The notes beneath the pieces are model-generated. The model worked only from the letters and a program-made list of their open reading frames with translations. It ran no database searches and was not told where the DNA came from. DNA of 64,000 nt from an uncultured Poribacteria bacterium (GTDB lineage: Bacteria; Poribacteria; WGA-4E; WGA-3G). Numbering within the stretch: the stretch's first letter is position 1; the number at the start of each line of letters is the position of its first letter. The stretch lies in the NCBI GenBank assembly GCA_951813565.1, contig OX638351.1, forward strand, positions 5,024,001-5,088,000, in the 5' to 3' direction. The translations under genes and the position numbers were made by a program. Below, in pieces: positions 1 to 10,241 of the stretch.

Positions 1-1488
1 TCAAGAACGTCCTCTGATGGTATCAATATGTGGTATATACCCTGGCGGAAACTGATCACTTGACGAACGCCCATCTTGGAACAGCTGATCTGCATCAGGA
101 TTTTCAGGTTCTATTGGTGCCGGGAATTCACGCCATCTATTACCGTCAAGTGGAACGTCATAACTATCTTCGCTGAACCAGTTAATCAATTGTTCCCGAT
201 ACTCTCTAAGCGTTCGCCCATAAGCTGGATTACCAGCAAGATTTCGCTCATCAAGCTTGCCAGATAAACGTCTAAAAAGCCATTCCTTTCGGTCAGCAGC
301 AGAGTAAATATATTTATATTCAGATGTCAAATACATATATAACCCTCTGCTTTCACCTGACAATTGCCCTATGATTGCATCTCGTTCCATATTGCCGGTA
401 GCAATACCTGCCAAATCAACGCCGCTATGATCCGAAGTAGGTGTTAACCCTGCAGCGCCTAAACTCGTTGGCAGCACGTCAACAAGACTCGTTGGTGTAT
501 CGCACTGCACGTTTGCCTCAAAACGTTCGGGATAGCGTACCAGCAGTGGAACACGGGCAGCTGCGTCAAGAAATGAACGTTTCCCATAGCAGTCGTAATC
601 GCCAAGTAATTCTCCATGGTCTGAAGTATAAAGTATCAAGGTATTATCAAGTTCACCTTCCGATTCAAGGTAGTCAAGGATTCGACCAACTTGATAGTCG
701 ATGAAAGAAATAGCAGCATAATAAGCAGCTCGCATTGTTCGCAGAAGATTCATATCTCTACCTTGATCGCGATATTTGTAGCGATTTTGATGTCGATTCC
801 AATGCGTGTGCAAATGCTCATAATCTGGCGGCAAGAACGGTAACGGCATTTCCACTGTCCTGTAGAGTCTGTTCCAGGGCACAGGTGATTCAAATGGGGG
901 ATGCGGCTTGATAAAACTGCTCCAACACAAAAAGGGTCTGCTTGTGTCGCGTTGAGAGAGGAACTGTAACGTTTTATCCCCTACCCACTGCGTATGGTGT
1001 AGCCGGGCAGGAAGTTGTGAAGGTTGTGGGATATAGTAGTATTCACTCCGTTCACCGTGTGGTGCAATAATATGGTCATAGCCGTTTTCATGGAGGGACT
1101 GTGTAAAGTCGTCAGGACCGGCACCTTCCTCTGAAAAATCTCTGGTTTCAAACCCCCACATTTTGCGTCCTTGTGGCGTAAAGTGCATTTTGCCGATACC
1201 GTGTGTCTGATACCCTACCTCATTCAACAACTCCATAACTGACGGACGCTCCTGCGGCATTGCGGAATTGGTCGTACAGCCTGTTTCATGCGGCCACTGC
1301 CCGAGCAGGAAACTACAACGAGATGCTACACATACAGGGGAAGGACAGTATGCAGAAGTAAAACTTGTGCCTTCACGAACAATTCTATCAAGTGCGGGTG
1401 TCTGAATAATAGGGTTCCCAAGTGCGCCAACGGTATCAAAACGCTGCTGATCAGTCATCAAGAATATTATATTTGGTTTTTTTCCCAT
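1..1488 (-). CDS. Sulfatase (formylglycine-dependent; choline-sulfatase/arylsulfatase A-like)
   Basis: KPNIIFLMTDQQR start, C-x-A-x-R (CVASR) FGly motif, GKMH, YTSDHGE. Start placed at MGKKPN (1488) rather than the ORF-track 1566. Confidence 0.9.
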   Translation of the reverse strand: MGKKPNIIFLMTDQQRFDTVGALGNPIIQTPALDRIVREGTSFTSAYCPSPVCVASRCSFLLGQWPHETGCTTNSAMPQERPSVMELLNEVGYQTHGIGKMHFTPQGRKMWGFETRDFSEEGAGPDDFTQSLHENGYDHIIAPHGERSEYYYIPQPSQLPARLHHTQWVGDKTLQFLSQRDTSRPFLCWSSFIKPHPPFESPVPWNRLYRTVEMPLPFLPPDYEHLHTHWNRHQNRYKYRDQGRDMNLLRTMRAAYYAAISFIDYQVGRILDYLESEGELDNTLILYTSDHGELLGDYDCYGKRSFLDAAARVPLLVRYPERFEANVQCDTPTSLVDVLPTSLGAAGLTPTSDHSGVDLAGIATGNMERDAIIGQLSGESRGLYMYLTSEYKYIYSAADRKEWLFRRLSGKLDERNLAGNPAYGRTLREYREQLINWFSEDSYDVPLDGNRWREFPAPIEPENPDADQLFQDGRSSSDQFPPGYIPHIDTIRGRS

Positions 1489-1677
1489 GTGATGTTCCGG
1501 TCCTTTAGAAGAAAATGTTCTGATGTGATTATGAAATAGCATAGCACCTTTTTTGAATGAACGCAATAATATTCATTTGTTAGCTTAGGGAAGCAAGTTT
1601 TAAAAGATTAAACTCTCTTTCGATATAGATAATTTCTGATTTACCCAGTTTTTGTAGAAACAAATGTGCATAAGGTT

Positions 1678-1699
1678 TTTTAACGTGAGTTTGATAAAT
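1678..1699. repeat. 22-bp dispersed repeat TTTTAACGTGAGTTTGATAAAT (second copy 40503-40524), possibly an IS end remnant
   Basis: Exact match between two intergenic sites. Confidence 0.5.
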
Positions 1700-1786
1700 A
1701 TTTTGGCTCTTGTAAAGAATGAGTGCTTTTTCTTTATTTGTGCTATAGTATAGTATATGGATTTTCCAATACTTTCTTTAATTGAT

Positions 1787-2009
1787 CCCACATTCCGCAG
1801 TTGTTTAATCAGAATTTAATATTTATAGGACAAACCCGTGTCACGAAAGGATCCGTACCGGATAATAGAGATTTGGTGCCGTGAATTAAGATTCCACTTG
1901 TCACTTTTCTTTTTCTCTAATTCACCTGAAATTGCTTGCTCGATGTAGGTGCCACGCAGGTTTGAGAAATAAATATCGAAAATCGGAAATTCGAAGTGCG
2001 GAATGTAGG
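1787..2009. mobile_element. MITE-like element, ~223 bp, 13-bp terminal inverted repeats CC(C/T)ACATTCCGCA; second copy inverted at 63223-63446
   Basis: Near-identical reverse-complement copy, and similarity stops exactly at the TIRs. Confidence 0.8.
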
Positions 2010-2031
2010 ATAAAACCATTGTCAATCTCTA

Positions 2032-3042
2032 TTATTCCACTATCTCAAAATCAAGAATTCTAAATTCTATTTTTCCTCCGTCTTTTACCATTGATGGGAC
2101 TCCATCACCAAAAACATTTATTTCAACACGCCTTGCCAACCCCGCTGGAATCGTAGATCTGTAAGTTTCTATTTCCACATCAATTGGATCACCTAATTTG
2201 TCGTAAAAAATTATGTAATAATGGACATCCTCCACATTTTGACGAAGATGGTTACGCAGTGAATAAGACAACTCCCAAGAACGATAGCCCCACAATATCT
2301 TGCCTGCGGTTATTCCTTTTGTGCCTTTACCACCAAGATCTGCAAAAATAGAACTTTTTGATCCAGTAGGTTTCTCTTTTGGGAACGGTTTTACAGGTCC
2401 TATCTGTTCCATCAATTTTTTAAGATAGCTTGACGGAATAGCAAAATTAAGATTTTGTCCTCCGCGGAAAGTTGCCACAGACACACCAATAACTTATCCT
2501 TTGTCATTTAGCACAGGTCCGCCGCTACTCCCTGGAGAGATCGGAGCAGTGAGTTGCAGAATCTTGTCTGTTCCAACCTTACGGATACTACTGATAATTC
2601 CTTGTGAGAACGTGCCTTCCAATCCTCGTGGATTTCCCACGGCATAAATAGGCGCGCCAACTTGAACTGTCCCACTATCACCAAGCGAAATTGCTTTTGC
2701 CCCAGGTACCGAAATCTTCAGAATAACCAAATCGCGTTCTACATCAACTGCTGTGATGCCTTCAATGTCGTACTTTGTTTTTTGAGTTACCAGTTTTGCG
2801 TAACCTCGTGATGCCCCTTTAACAACATGAAGGTTCGTTGCAACTTGACCACTGCGGATAAAGAATCCACTGCCAAGTGAAAGCGGTTGACCGTTAGCAT
2901 CTTCCATGACCAAAAGCACTGTAGAAGTTAACGCCTTTTTGGCAATTTGCTGTGGACTTTGGGCATGTGCAGTAGTTATCCCACAAAATAGGAAAAGTGC
3001 TAAACATAAGCAATGCCAAAACAATTTTTTGTTTCGTTCCAT
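2032..3042 (-). pseudogene. Secreted trypsin-like (S1C/HtrA-type) serine protease with in-frame TAA at 2494-2496
   Basis: AAGGAGG RBS before MERNKK, signal peptide, TNLHV, DLVIL, GSSGGP. Reads ...VLNDKG*VIGVSVATFRGGQNLNFAIP in one frame. Confidence 0.85.
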
Positions 3043-3118
3043 TATATCCTCCTTATCCATCAAGTTATTGAAATTAAATATTAAGGGAGCAATCCGTGTT
3101 GATTTGACAGTGGGTTTA

Positions 3119-3300
3119 GTGATACCACCCACTACCTAAAGGTAGGGGCTTCGGTTTCATCGCGATTGCGCTGTTTCCGAAGAAATCAGCGTCTTACTTT
3201 CGCTCCACCAGCAGGCTCTTATGCCGTATCAGAACGGTTTTATCGTGCATTATCACACGGGTACCCCAGCCTGCAATATATTGATAGCAGCGTTGATGTC
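3119..3300 (-). ncRNA. Putative omegaRNA (reRNA) scaffold of tnpB element 1; 5' boundary approximate
   Basis: Position overlapping the tnpB 3' end and right end, as established for TnpB systems. Confidence 0.55.
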
Positions 3301-4362
3301 TCTATCGTGATGCGTCTGACATTGTTGGCACGTCCAGTGCCTATCGGTGAGTTGTAAATCGTTGTTGTTGTGTCCGCAATGATAACACGGTTTGGTTGTG
3401 GGTTGCCATTTACCTGTTTTGGCAAGCACTTTCCCATATTTTTGGCAAGTCCATTCAAGAATGAGTGCAAACTCACCGAAGGCAATATCGGAGACTTTAC
3501 GACCCCACAATCGTTTCATCGCATCAAGATGAAGCGTTTCAATCGCAATGTAATCATATTTGTGAACGAGACGCAATGCTACCTTGAAAAACCAGTCTCT
3601 TCGTTGATTCGCTATCTTCTTATACGCGCGAGAAAGGTGGCGTTTCGCTTTATACCATCCATTAGATAAGTATGTCTTGCGAGATAACCCCTTGTGCGCA
3701 CAACGGATAGCCCTGAGACTGTTCTTATAGAACTCGGGAGACTTTATCTGCGTGCCATCTGACAATGTGAGAAATGTTTTGAGACCAAAATCTATCCCTG
3801 CTCTATGACCTGTCTTGGGAAGATGTGCTATCGGTTCAGATGCATTACAAGTCAGTATAAGATAATAATCCCCGACATTATCACGCTTGATCGTGACGGT
3901 TTTGATTTGACCCGTCCAATCGCGATGTTTCCAAAAAGTAAACCACTTTTTTAGACAACTGATATAGATACGATTACCTTCAATCTTATAGCCCGCTTGT
4001 GTGAATGTCATGGAGTTATATTTATGTTGTGGTTTGATATGCGGTTTACCGATCCTTTTGGTCGTTTTACCGGATCGACGGTCTTCTATGTTTTGAAAAA
4101 ACCTATGGTAGCCTTTATCAATACGAAACACAACATCTTGAATAACTTGGCTCGGTAGTTGGTTCCAATGTGGTTTTGTCCGGTTCTTCAACTTCGCAAT
4201 ATGCTTGTTCATTGTATACACAGGTATGTATTTGCCAAATAGACGATAATAACGCCTTTGCAACTTCAGAACATGCACATGCACCTGATGTAGATCATCA
4301 AGCAGGTTGCCAAGTCGGATTAGATTAGATTGGTGAGATAACTCGTATTTATACGCTTTCAT
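3253..4362 (-). CDS. tnpB: TnpB RNA-guided endonuclease
   Basis: RuvC I GIDFG, RuvC II IAIETL, CxxC...CxxC zinc finger, RuvC III DRDINAA. Confidence 0.95.
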   Translation of the reverse strand: MKAYKYELSHQSNLIRLGNLLDDLHQVHVHVLKLQRRYYRLFGKYIPVYTMNKHIAKLKNRTKPHWNQLPSQVIQDVVFRIDKGYHRFFQNIEDRRSGKTTKRIGKPHIKPQHKYNSMTFTQAGYKIEGNRIYISCLKKWFTFWKHRDWTGQIKTVTIKRDNVGDYYLILTCNASEPIAHLPKTGHRAGIDFGLKTFLTLSDGTQIKSPEFYKNSLRAIRCAHKGLSRKTYLSNGWYKAKRHLSRAYKKIANQRRDWFFKVALRLVHKYDYIAIETLHLDAMKRLWGRKVSDIAFGEFALILEWTCQKYGKVLAKTGKWQPTTKPCYHCGHNNNDLQLTDRHWTCQQCQTHHDRDINAAINILQAGVPV

Positions 4363-4575
4363 TGGTCGGTAAGTATATCATATCTATGAGGATAGACAAG
4401 GTTTTTTGTGTAAATAGTGGTCTGAGCCCGTCTACATCCCACAAGCTGAAGCATGGGGATTTGACGGGAAGGTGTTAAAAATCCGCGTAATCAGTGTAAT
4501 CCGCGCAAATCCGCGATTCAGAAAATACAAACACTTAACATCACAAAAAACATGCAATGCAGAAAAATCTACTAC

Positions 4576-5553
4576 CTAAAACCCGTCAGTCGGCCAAAAG
4601 ATGTGATGCGACCGGATGTCTTGTTTTAAAGCTTCCGATTGACTATGGAGAAGGTCCGGGAGCGCATCAGATAGTTCTTGCCTCATTTTTGGTGGGAACG
4701 CAGCAGGTAGAATAACACGATACATCGTACTTCCATAAGACTCAACTTTCGCGGCATTGAATCCATCAGCAATCGGCGCGGGATACGCTACTTCAAGTTC
4801 CTCCGCATCCATCTGCGCGATTATATCAGATAGCATAACTTCAAAAAAGACTGTGGCACTGTCCTCTGCAAACAACGCCTCTGACGCGGCAAATTCCTTG
4901 ACACCCAATTCTCCACCCCGCCTTCTAACGGAAACATAACCATCAATGACACCATCACGTTCAGCAACCCATGCCTGCGGCGATTCGGTCTGCACCCAGT
5001 CTGTCCAATACGTTATCTCATCTCTAACAAAAATGCCGTTGAATTTGCGGGAATAGGTGTTGTAGAGAGAGGCAAGCTGCGCAACTTCGTTGTTATCTTC
5101 AAAATTGACTGGACGGATATGCCACGCCTGCTGTTTTCTACCGAGAAGGGTTCTTTTGGCGTAATAACGTGGAACACTTTCCCAACCCTCTACCGAATAG
5201 ATACGTTGGCTTCCGTGGAGCATAGAGATCGCTATTCCACGGTTTTCCATGAACTGAATTGAATCTTTAAGAAGTTGTGTGGCAAGTCCGTGCTTACGGT
5301 ATTCTGGACGTGTGCTAACTTCACCAATGCCACCAACAGAAATAGGTTCACCGTGAAAGAACATCTTACGGATAAAAACCCGCACCGTGCTGACAATTTT
5401 GCCATCATCAACTGCGACTCGGATACCTTGGACATCTTTCCACGGATCGTTATACCAATGGTTGGAAAAATACTGGCGGCTTGCTGAAAAGACGTGAGTG
5501 ACATGGTCAAGCCATGCCTCTAATTCATCAGGATAAAGTGATCGGAACTCCAT
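4576..5553 (-). CDS. GNAT-family N-acetyltransferase (Eis-like)
   Basis: GGIGEVSTRPEYRKHGLATQL acetyl-CoA motif A. Confidence 0.85.
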   Translation of the reverse strand: MEFRSLYPDELEAWLDHVTHVFSASRQYFSNHWYNDPWKDVQGIRVAVDDGKIVSTVRVFIRKMFFHGEPISVGGIGEVSTRPEYRKHGLATQLLKDSIQFMENRGIAISMLHGSQRIYSVEGWESVPRYYAKRTLLGRKQQAWHIRPVNFEDNNEVAQLASLYNTYSRKFNGIFVRDEITYWTDWVQTESPQAWVAERDGVIDGYVSVRRRGGELGVKEFAASEALFAEDSATVFFEVMLSDIIAQMDAEELEVAYPAPIADGFNAAKVESYGSTMYRVILPAAFPPKMRQELSDALPDLLHSQSEALKQDIRSHHIFWPTDGF

Positions 5554-5650
5554 ATCTTATATTACGGACGCAGAAATCGGGCAGACAAGGTCTCCCTCCC
5601 ACAAGAACTTTTAGCGATAATTGAATGACGCTTTTGAATTATGACTAAAC

Positions 5651-7690
5651 TTAAAACTTTATTGTCAATTCACCGAGGAACTGTCGTGCTTGATTGCGAC
5701 TCCCAAAAACCTCATACAGATCGCCTGAAACATCGTAAAATCTACGGATAAAATTGCGACTCGTCTCTGCAGGATTGAGGTCTGCGTAACGGAGCCATAG
5801 ATTTGTACGTGACCAGATATCCCAATTGAGTTCAATCACTGTAGAGTTTGCATCACCAGAATCAACCCTATGTTGTTTATTTAGATCAGGAAAAAGTGCA
5901 TCTTGCGTCAGATCAGAGGTGCCGTCAACACGTCCAACTGATAAGTTCAACTCCTTATACCGATACGGATTCGGATTAGTAATGTATTTCAGATTCACAG
6001 CGAATGCATTCTCTAACGCCTGAGTTTCAAAGTCAAAACTATCCTCTATTTTGGCAGGCGTGGTATATCGCTCGTCCTGTTCGCTGTATGTCAATTCATC
6101 AAGGAAAGTTAAATGCCAACGTTCGGAAAGACTATATGTCCAACCGAACAAGTTTTTGAGTTCCAGCTGATTGAGTTCATCCTGGACATCAGTTGAAAAG
6201 TCAATGTCCTCATAATCTTCCAGATAGTTATTACTAAAATTTGCGACGCGGGTACTATAAAAGCCGTTCATGTGGGAAGGTTTTACGGTAAATCCGGTAA
6301 CAGAATATTGTGCTATTGTAAAATCGCTGGTGTCTCGCAAATAGAGATAGCCTGATGGGTCAAGATCAAGAAAAGTTAGATCGTGTTTTTCCTCACTCAG
6401 TTGATCTGTTTCATAAATAATCCGTCCAATATACCTGCCGTTGTTATCAAATTTCTGAACGCGTGAGATAACATTATGAAACAGCGTCAGCCGAATATCA
6501 GCCCGTTTAAGTTCTTCGGATAGTTCCTCTTTCTCCTCATTGTCATAATCGTTGTCATCATAGTATCTGCGATATTCTGCTTCTTCAAGCAGGCGTAAAC
6601 GTCTGTTTAGAGAGGCAGTATCAACTTTTCCCGTAGCGTTTTGGGCAAACGGACCGTATTGTGGACGGGTTGCATCCGTAATCGTATTGCCAAGGTCTGC
6701 TTGACCGGATGTGCTTTCTGTCAACTGCGTCAATGTTGGAGAAAGCGCAATAACTTCCGGCAATCCGCCGACTTTCCTACGGAATCGGCTTGCATCTTTG
6801 ACTAAAATCTCGCCTGTAGGCAGGGTGACAAGTACCATCGGTTTAACAAATTCACCATTGTCGCGTCCTTTTCTGCCGAAACTTTGAACAAATTTTCCAT
6901 CGCCATTAAATTTTACGATACGGTGGTTACCTGTATCTGCAACAAAGACGTTTCCGCGAGCATCAATTGCGATGTCAGCAGCATCTCTATCAAATTCACC
7001 ATCGCCTGCACCATACCTACCGAAAGTCAGAAGTTTTTTACCGTCAACACCAAACTTGTGGATACGTCCCTGTTTTGCGTCCAAAACGTAGAGTTGGTTT
7101 TGGGTATTGACAGCAACGCGAAGGGAACGGTCGTGTCCAGTCGACTGGATTCCCCATGCAGTTTTACCATTTTCATCTATCATGGGTTTTGTGAGTAAAA
7201 CCACACCGGGTTTTTGATTCACAGGGTCCACAAAATAGGTGTCTAAAAACTCACCTGTTGGACTGAATTTATGTACACATGGTGCAAAGATATATATTTT
7301 CGGATTGGCGGTTTCAGCGATATGGTGTGCGGTTACATCTGCGACATAGATATTTCCCAGGTCATCTACAGCGAGGTGTCCCGGTTTCCTTAAGATATTA
7401 TCAATGGATTCTGGGTCTGCGGGGATTTGTAAGAGGAATTCGCCTGATGGTGAAAGTTTCTGAATAAGCCGGTTTTCAGTATCACTGACGTAGATATTCT
7501 GCTTAAATGCCAGGTGAATGTCTTTGCTAAAAGCACCTTGAGACGAACCTTTGCCTGAAAATTCACGTTCTAATTTGATAAAGTCTACTGCAAACGCAGA
7601 ACTAAAAATTGTGTTTTGAAAAAGGAATGTAATTGTGAGTAATAGCAGGATGGAAAATTGAAATGATTTCGTGAGGATTATTTTATTCAT
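5651..7690 (-). CDS. Secreted NHL-repeat beta-propeller protein with putative C-terminal beta-barrel
   Basis: Signal peptide, NHL repeats (IAIDARGNVFVADTGNHRIVKF; FGRKGRDNGEF), amphipathic strands and terminal Phe. Confidence 0.75.
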   Translation of the reverse strand: MNKIILTKSFQFSILLLLTITFLFQNTIFSSAFAVDFIKLEREFSGKGSSQGAFSKDIHLAFKQNIYVSDTENRLIQKLSPSGEFLLQIPADPESIDNILRKPGHLAVDDLGNIYVADVTAHHIAETANPKIYIFAPCVHKFSPTGEFLDTYFVDPVNQKPGVVLLTKPMIDENGKTAWGIQSTGHDRSLRVAVNTQNQLYVLDAKQGRIHKFGVDGKKLLTFGRYGAGDGEFDRDAADIAIDARGNVFVADTGNHRIVKFNGDGKFVQSFGRKGRDNGEFVKPMVLVTLPTGEILVKDASRFRRKVGGLPEVIALSPTLTQLTESTSGQADLGNTITDATRPQYGPFAQNATGKVDTASLNRRLRLLEEAEYRRYYDDNDYDNEEKEELSEELKRADIRLTLFHNVISRVQKFDNNGRYIGRIIYETDQLSEEKHDLTFLDLDPSGYLYLRDTSDFTIAQYSVTGFTVKPSHMNGFYSTRVANFSNNYLEDYEDIDFSTDVQDELNQLELKNLFGWTYSLSERWHLTFLDELTYSEQDERYTTPAKIEDSFDFETQALENAFAVNLKYITNPNPYRYKELNLSVGRVDGTSDLTQDALFPDLNKQHRVDSGDANSTVIELNWDIWSRTNLWLRYADLNPAETSRNFIRRFYDVSGDLYEVFGSRNQARQFLGELTIKF

Positions 7691-7884
7691 GCTTAACCTT
7701 TGCTGTTTTTGTTACATAATATCAATTATCTGTTCAGATGTCAAGAGTTAAATAAAAATGGCGTAAAAGCAGAACTAATTACATTAATTCATATTGCGTA
7801 AAAATGTCTGAAATGTTATGATTATCTTATCAACAATTTTCAAACATTAAACCTTCTTCCACATTTACTAAGGAGGAAATCGTT

Positions 7885-8805
7885 ATGAAAAGACTAATGT
7901 TCGTTCTAATATTAATGCTGATTATCATCACAATGAATGCCACTATACATGCTGCAACTATTGTAACAGATGGGTTAGTAAGTTATTGGACCTTCGATTT
8001 ACATGATGTTAACGATGGTATTGCTAAAGATGTATGGGGTGAAAACGATGCGACGATAAAGGGAAACCCGAAAATTGTAAATGGGCACTTAAGACAAGGA
8101 CTCAAATTTGGTGGAACAGGGGATTATGTAATCTTAGATAACCTCAGCAATTTTCAAAGTCGAATTGGCGCATCTTCCTTTGAATTCTGGGTAAAAACCA
8201 GTTATGATAAACGAAATATATTATTCAAAGTTATAGAAGTACTCTGTGAAGGAGATCAACGCTGGACTGATAAAGGTTGGGGGATACATCTCAATGCTTC
8301 AATTCAGGCACCAAACTTTCATAATAGACCTGATAATATTCCTCAAGGAGGAGGTGGAATAATTCAAAGAGATGAAAGAATACTCGTCGAATATGCTGAA
8401 AAAAGGGGGAAGGGATGTGGTCATTCTGCAAGATCATCCCCAGCGTCGATTTCAGATGACAAATGGCATCACATTGTATATATGTATAATTGGTATATAG
8501 ACGAGTTTGGTAGTGGTAGGGATGAAAAAGTAATCTATATTGACAGCATAAGGAAATCGTTAGGCAGAGGTACTTCTAAGAACCTACCCAAAAATGAACC
8601 GTTTACTCAACCTGTGTTTCTTGGTGCAATCAATGATAATGGTAAGGCAAGGAGGTTTTTTCATGGTGTCTTTGACGAAGTCCGTGTTTATGACCGTATG
8701 CTCACTGATGAAGAGGTATTACAAAATTTTCAATCTGGTGTCGGTCTCAATGTTGAACCCGTCGAAAAGTTGTCAACGGTCTGGGGTGCACTGAAGAAAA
8801 GATAG
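7885..8805 (+). CDS. Secreted LamG-like jellyroll protein
   Basis: AAGGAGG RBS, signal peptide, DGLVSYWTFD, WHHIV, FDEVRVYDR, C-terminal VEPVEKLSTVWGALKK. Confidence 0.85.
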   Translation: MKRLMFVLILMLIIITMNATIHAATIVTDGLVSYWTFDLHDVNDGIAKDVWGENDATIKGNPKIVNGHLRQGLKFGGTGDYVILDNLSNFQSRIGASSFEFWVKTSYDKRNILFKVIEVLCEGDQRWTDKGWGIHLNASIQAPNFHNRPDNIPQGGGGIIQRDERILVEYAEKRGKGCGHSARSSPASISDDKWHHIVYMYNWYIDEFGSGRDEKVIYIDSIRKSLGRGTSKNLPKNEPFTQPVFLGAINDNGKARRFFHGVFDEVRVYDRMLTDEEVLQNFQSGVGLNVEPVEKLSTVWGALKKR

Positions 8806-8917
8806 TTACCCACCTTACTCTATGTTTGCAGTTCACTGCCCTCTTAATTCAGATACAAGGCAGGTGGACTCTGCTATGCCTACCTTCCCTCCTAAAAAGT
8901 TAATTCCTCTCTACCTC

Positions 8918-9169
8918 AGAGCCATTCAACTGTCGTGAAGCACTTTTGTGAGCTCTTTAAATCTCATCTCTTCTGTAGGAGCGAGTTCCAGCTCGCGACA
9001 TCACCCAAATCTGTGATTCAAAAATTATCAGAAACTTTATAAACTGTTGCCGCAGAGCCATCCAGTATTTGTGTTTTTTTACAATTTGGACAGGGTCGCG
9101 AGCTGGAGCTCGCTCTTACAGGAAGAGGTTTGGGAAAAGATAGAAATTATTGGAGAATTGAATGGTTCT
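8918..9169. mobile_element. MITE (~252 bp) with 12-bp TIRs and 5-bp target duplication, carrying an internal inverted REP pair
   Basis: AGAGCCATTCAA / TTGAATGGTTCT ends; ACCTC at 8913-8917 and 9170-9174; inverted TGTAGGAGCGAGTTCCAGCTCGCGAC pair at ~8974-8999 and ~9095-9120. Confidence 0.65.
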
Positions 9170-9272
9170 ACCTCTATCCAAATTTATATTGTGTAAAATA
9201 ATCAATAATGTTATGATTAATACCAAACATTTTACGCAAGTACGGAAACTCCCTTGTTTCTAAAAGGATAGA

Positions 9273-10118
9273 ATGATGAAAAAACTATTATATTTCCTTA
9301 CAATTGCGATGATTAGTGTTACGATTGCTTTTTACGCTACTGCTAAAACGATTGTAACTGACGGTTTGGTGAGTTATTGGACGTTTGACGGACAAGATAT
9401 TACGGATAACACAGTCAAAGATGTCTGGGGTAAAAACAGTGGCACGATTGTTGGGAACCCAAAGGTTGTTGCTGGACGTGTGGGCGATGCTCTGGAATTT
9501 GACGGTTCTGACGATTATGTAAACCTAACAAATTTGGGTGATTTTGGCAGTAAAGTTGGCACATCAACATTTGAGGCGTGGGTCAAAACAGATTTCAAGA
9601 AGGATTGGACAACGCTCTTCAAAGTGCTTGATGACGGTTGCAATATGGCGTGGGCAATTGATGTCAACCGTAGCGCGAAAGCCGGTTTTCCGCTGGCACA
9701 AGATATTGTTCATTACTATGTCCGCCATCAAGCTGCCGCTGGGTGTATTGATAATGCTGTTGAAATTGAGTTTGCACTATCAGATGGAAAATGGCATCAT
9801 GTCGTTTTTGCAATTGAAGATGCAGGTGAACCGAAAATTAGTATCTATATGGATGGCAATCCACAGGAAGTAATTGTTGGGAAAGAATCAAAGTTAGACA
9901 ACTTTGTACCTTTTGTGCGACCTGTCTATATTGGTGCAGCGAACAATCGTGGTAATGTAGAAAGGTTCTTTCCCGGTGTGATTGATGAGGTCCGTATTTA
10001 TGACCGTCCCCTCACAGCAGAAGAAGTGAATCGCAATTTTGAATCCAAAGTTGGACTCGCTGTTGAACCTCACGATAAGCTGCCGCTTGTATGGGGATTT
10101 TTGAAGAATAAACTATAA
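9273..10118 (+). CDS. Secreted LamG-like jellyroll protein (paralog of 7885..8805)
   Basis: DGLVSYWTFD, ALEFDG, IDEVRIYDR, C-terminal AVEPHDKLPLVWGFLK. Confidence 0.88.
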   Translation: MMKKLLYFLTIAMISVTIAFYATAKTIVTDGLVSYWTFDGQDITDNTVKDVWGKNSGTIVGNPKVVAGRVGDALEFDGSDDYVNLTNLGDFGSKVGTSTFEAWVKTDFKKDWTTLFKVLDDGCNMAWAIDVNRSAKAGFPLAQDIVHYYVRHQAAAGCIDNAVEIEFALSDGKWHHVVFAIEDAGEPKISIYMDGNPQEVIVGKESKLDNFVPFVRPVYIGAANNRGNVERFFPGVIDEVRIYDRPLTAEEVNRNFESKVGLAVEPHDKLPLVWGFLKNKL

Positions 10119-10241
10119 GGAAATGGTTAGGCATCTCCTTTTATCTTTCAATTATGTAAGACACCTTGCCTTAAACATAAAACCTCTTTCATCGTCTTAA
10201 AACTACAAAAACACATATAAATGTGTAGGAGGAATAAAAAT

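Larger units (their letters stand above)
3119..4474 (-). mobile_element. Non-autonomous IS200/IS605-family (IS1341-like, tnpB-only) element 1
   Basis: Left-end hairpin 4426-4468 preceded on the minus strand by guide AAAT and target TTAA. Right-end hairpin 3126-3148 with guide GAAG and terminus TCAC. No tnpA inside. Confidence 0.8.

Noticed and set aside
1600..2025. Short ORFs 1600..1791, 1816..2025 and 63100..63417
   Set aside because: They overlap repeat or MITE sequence, and the reading frame is not conserved between the two MITE copies
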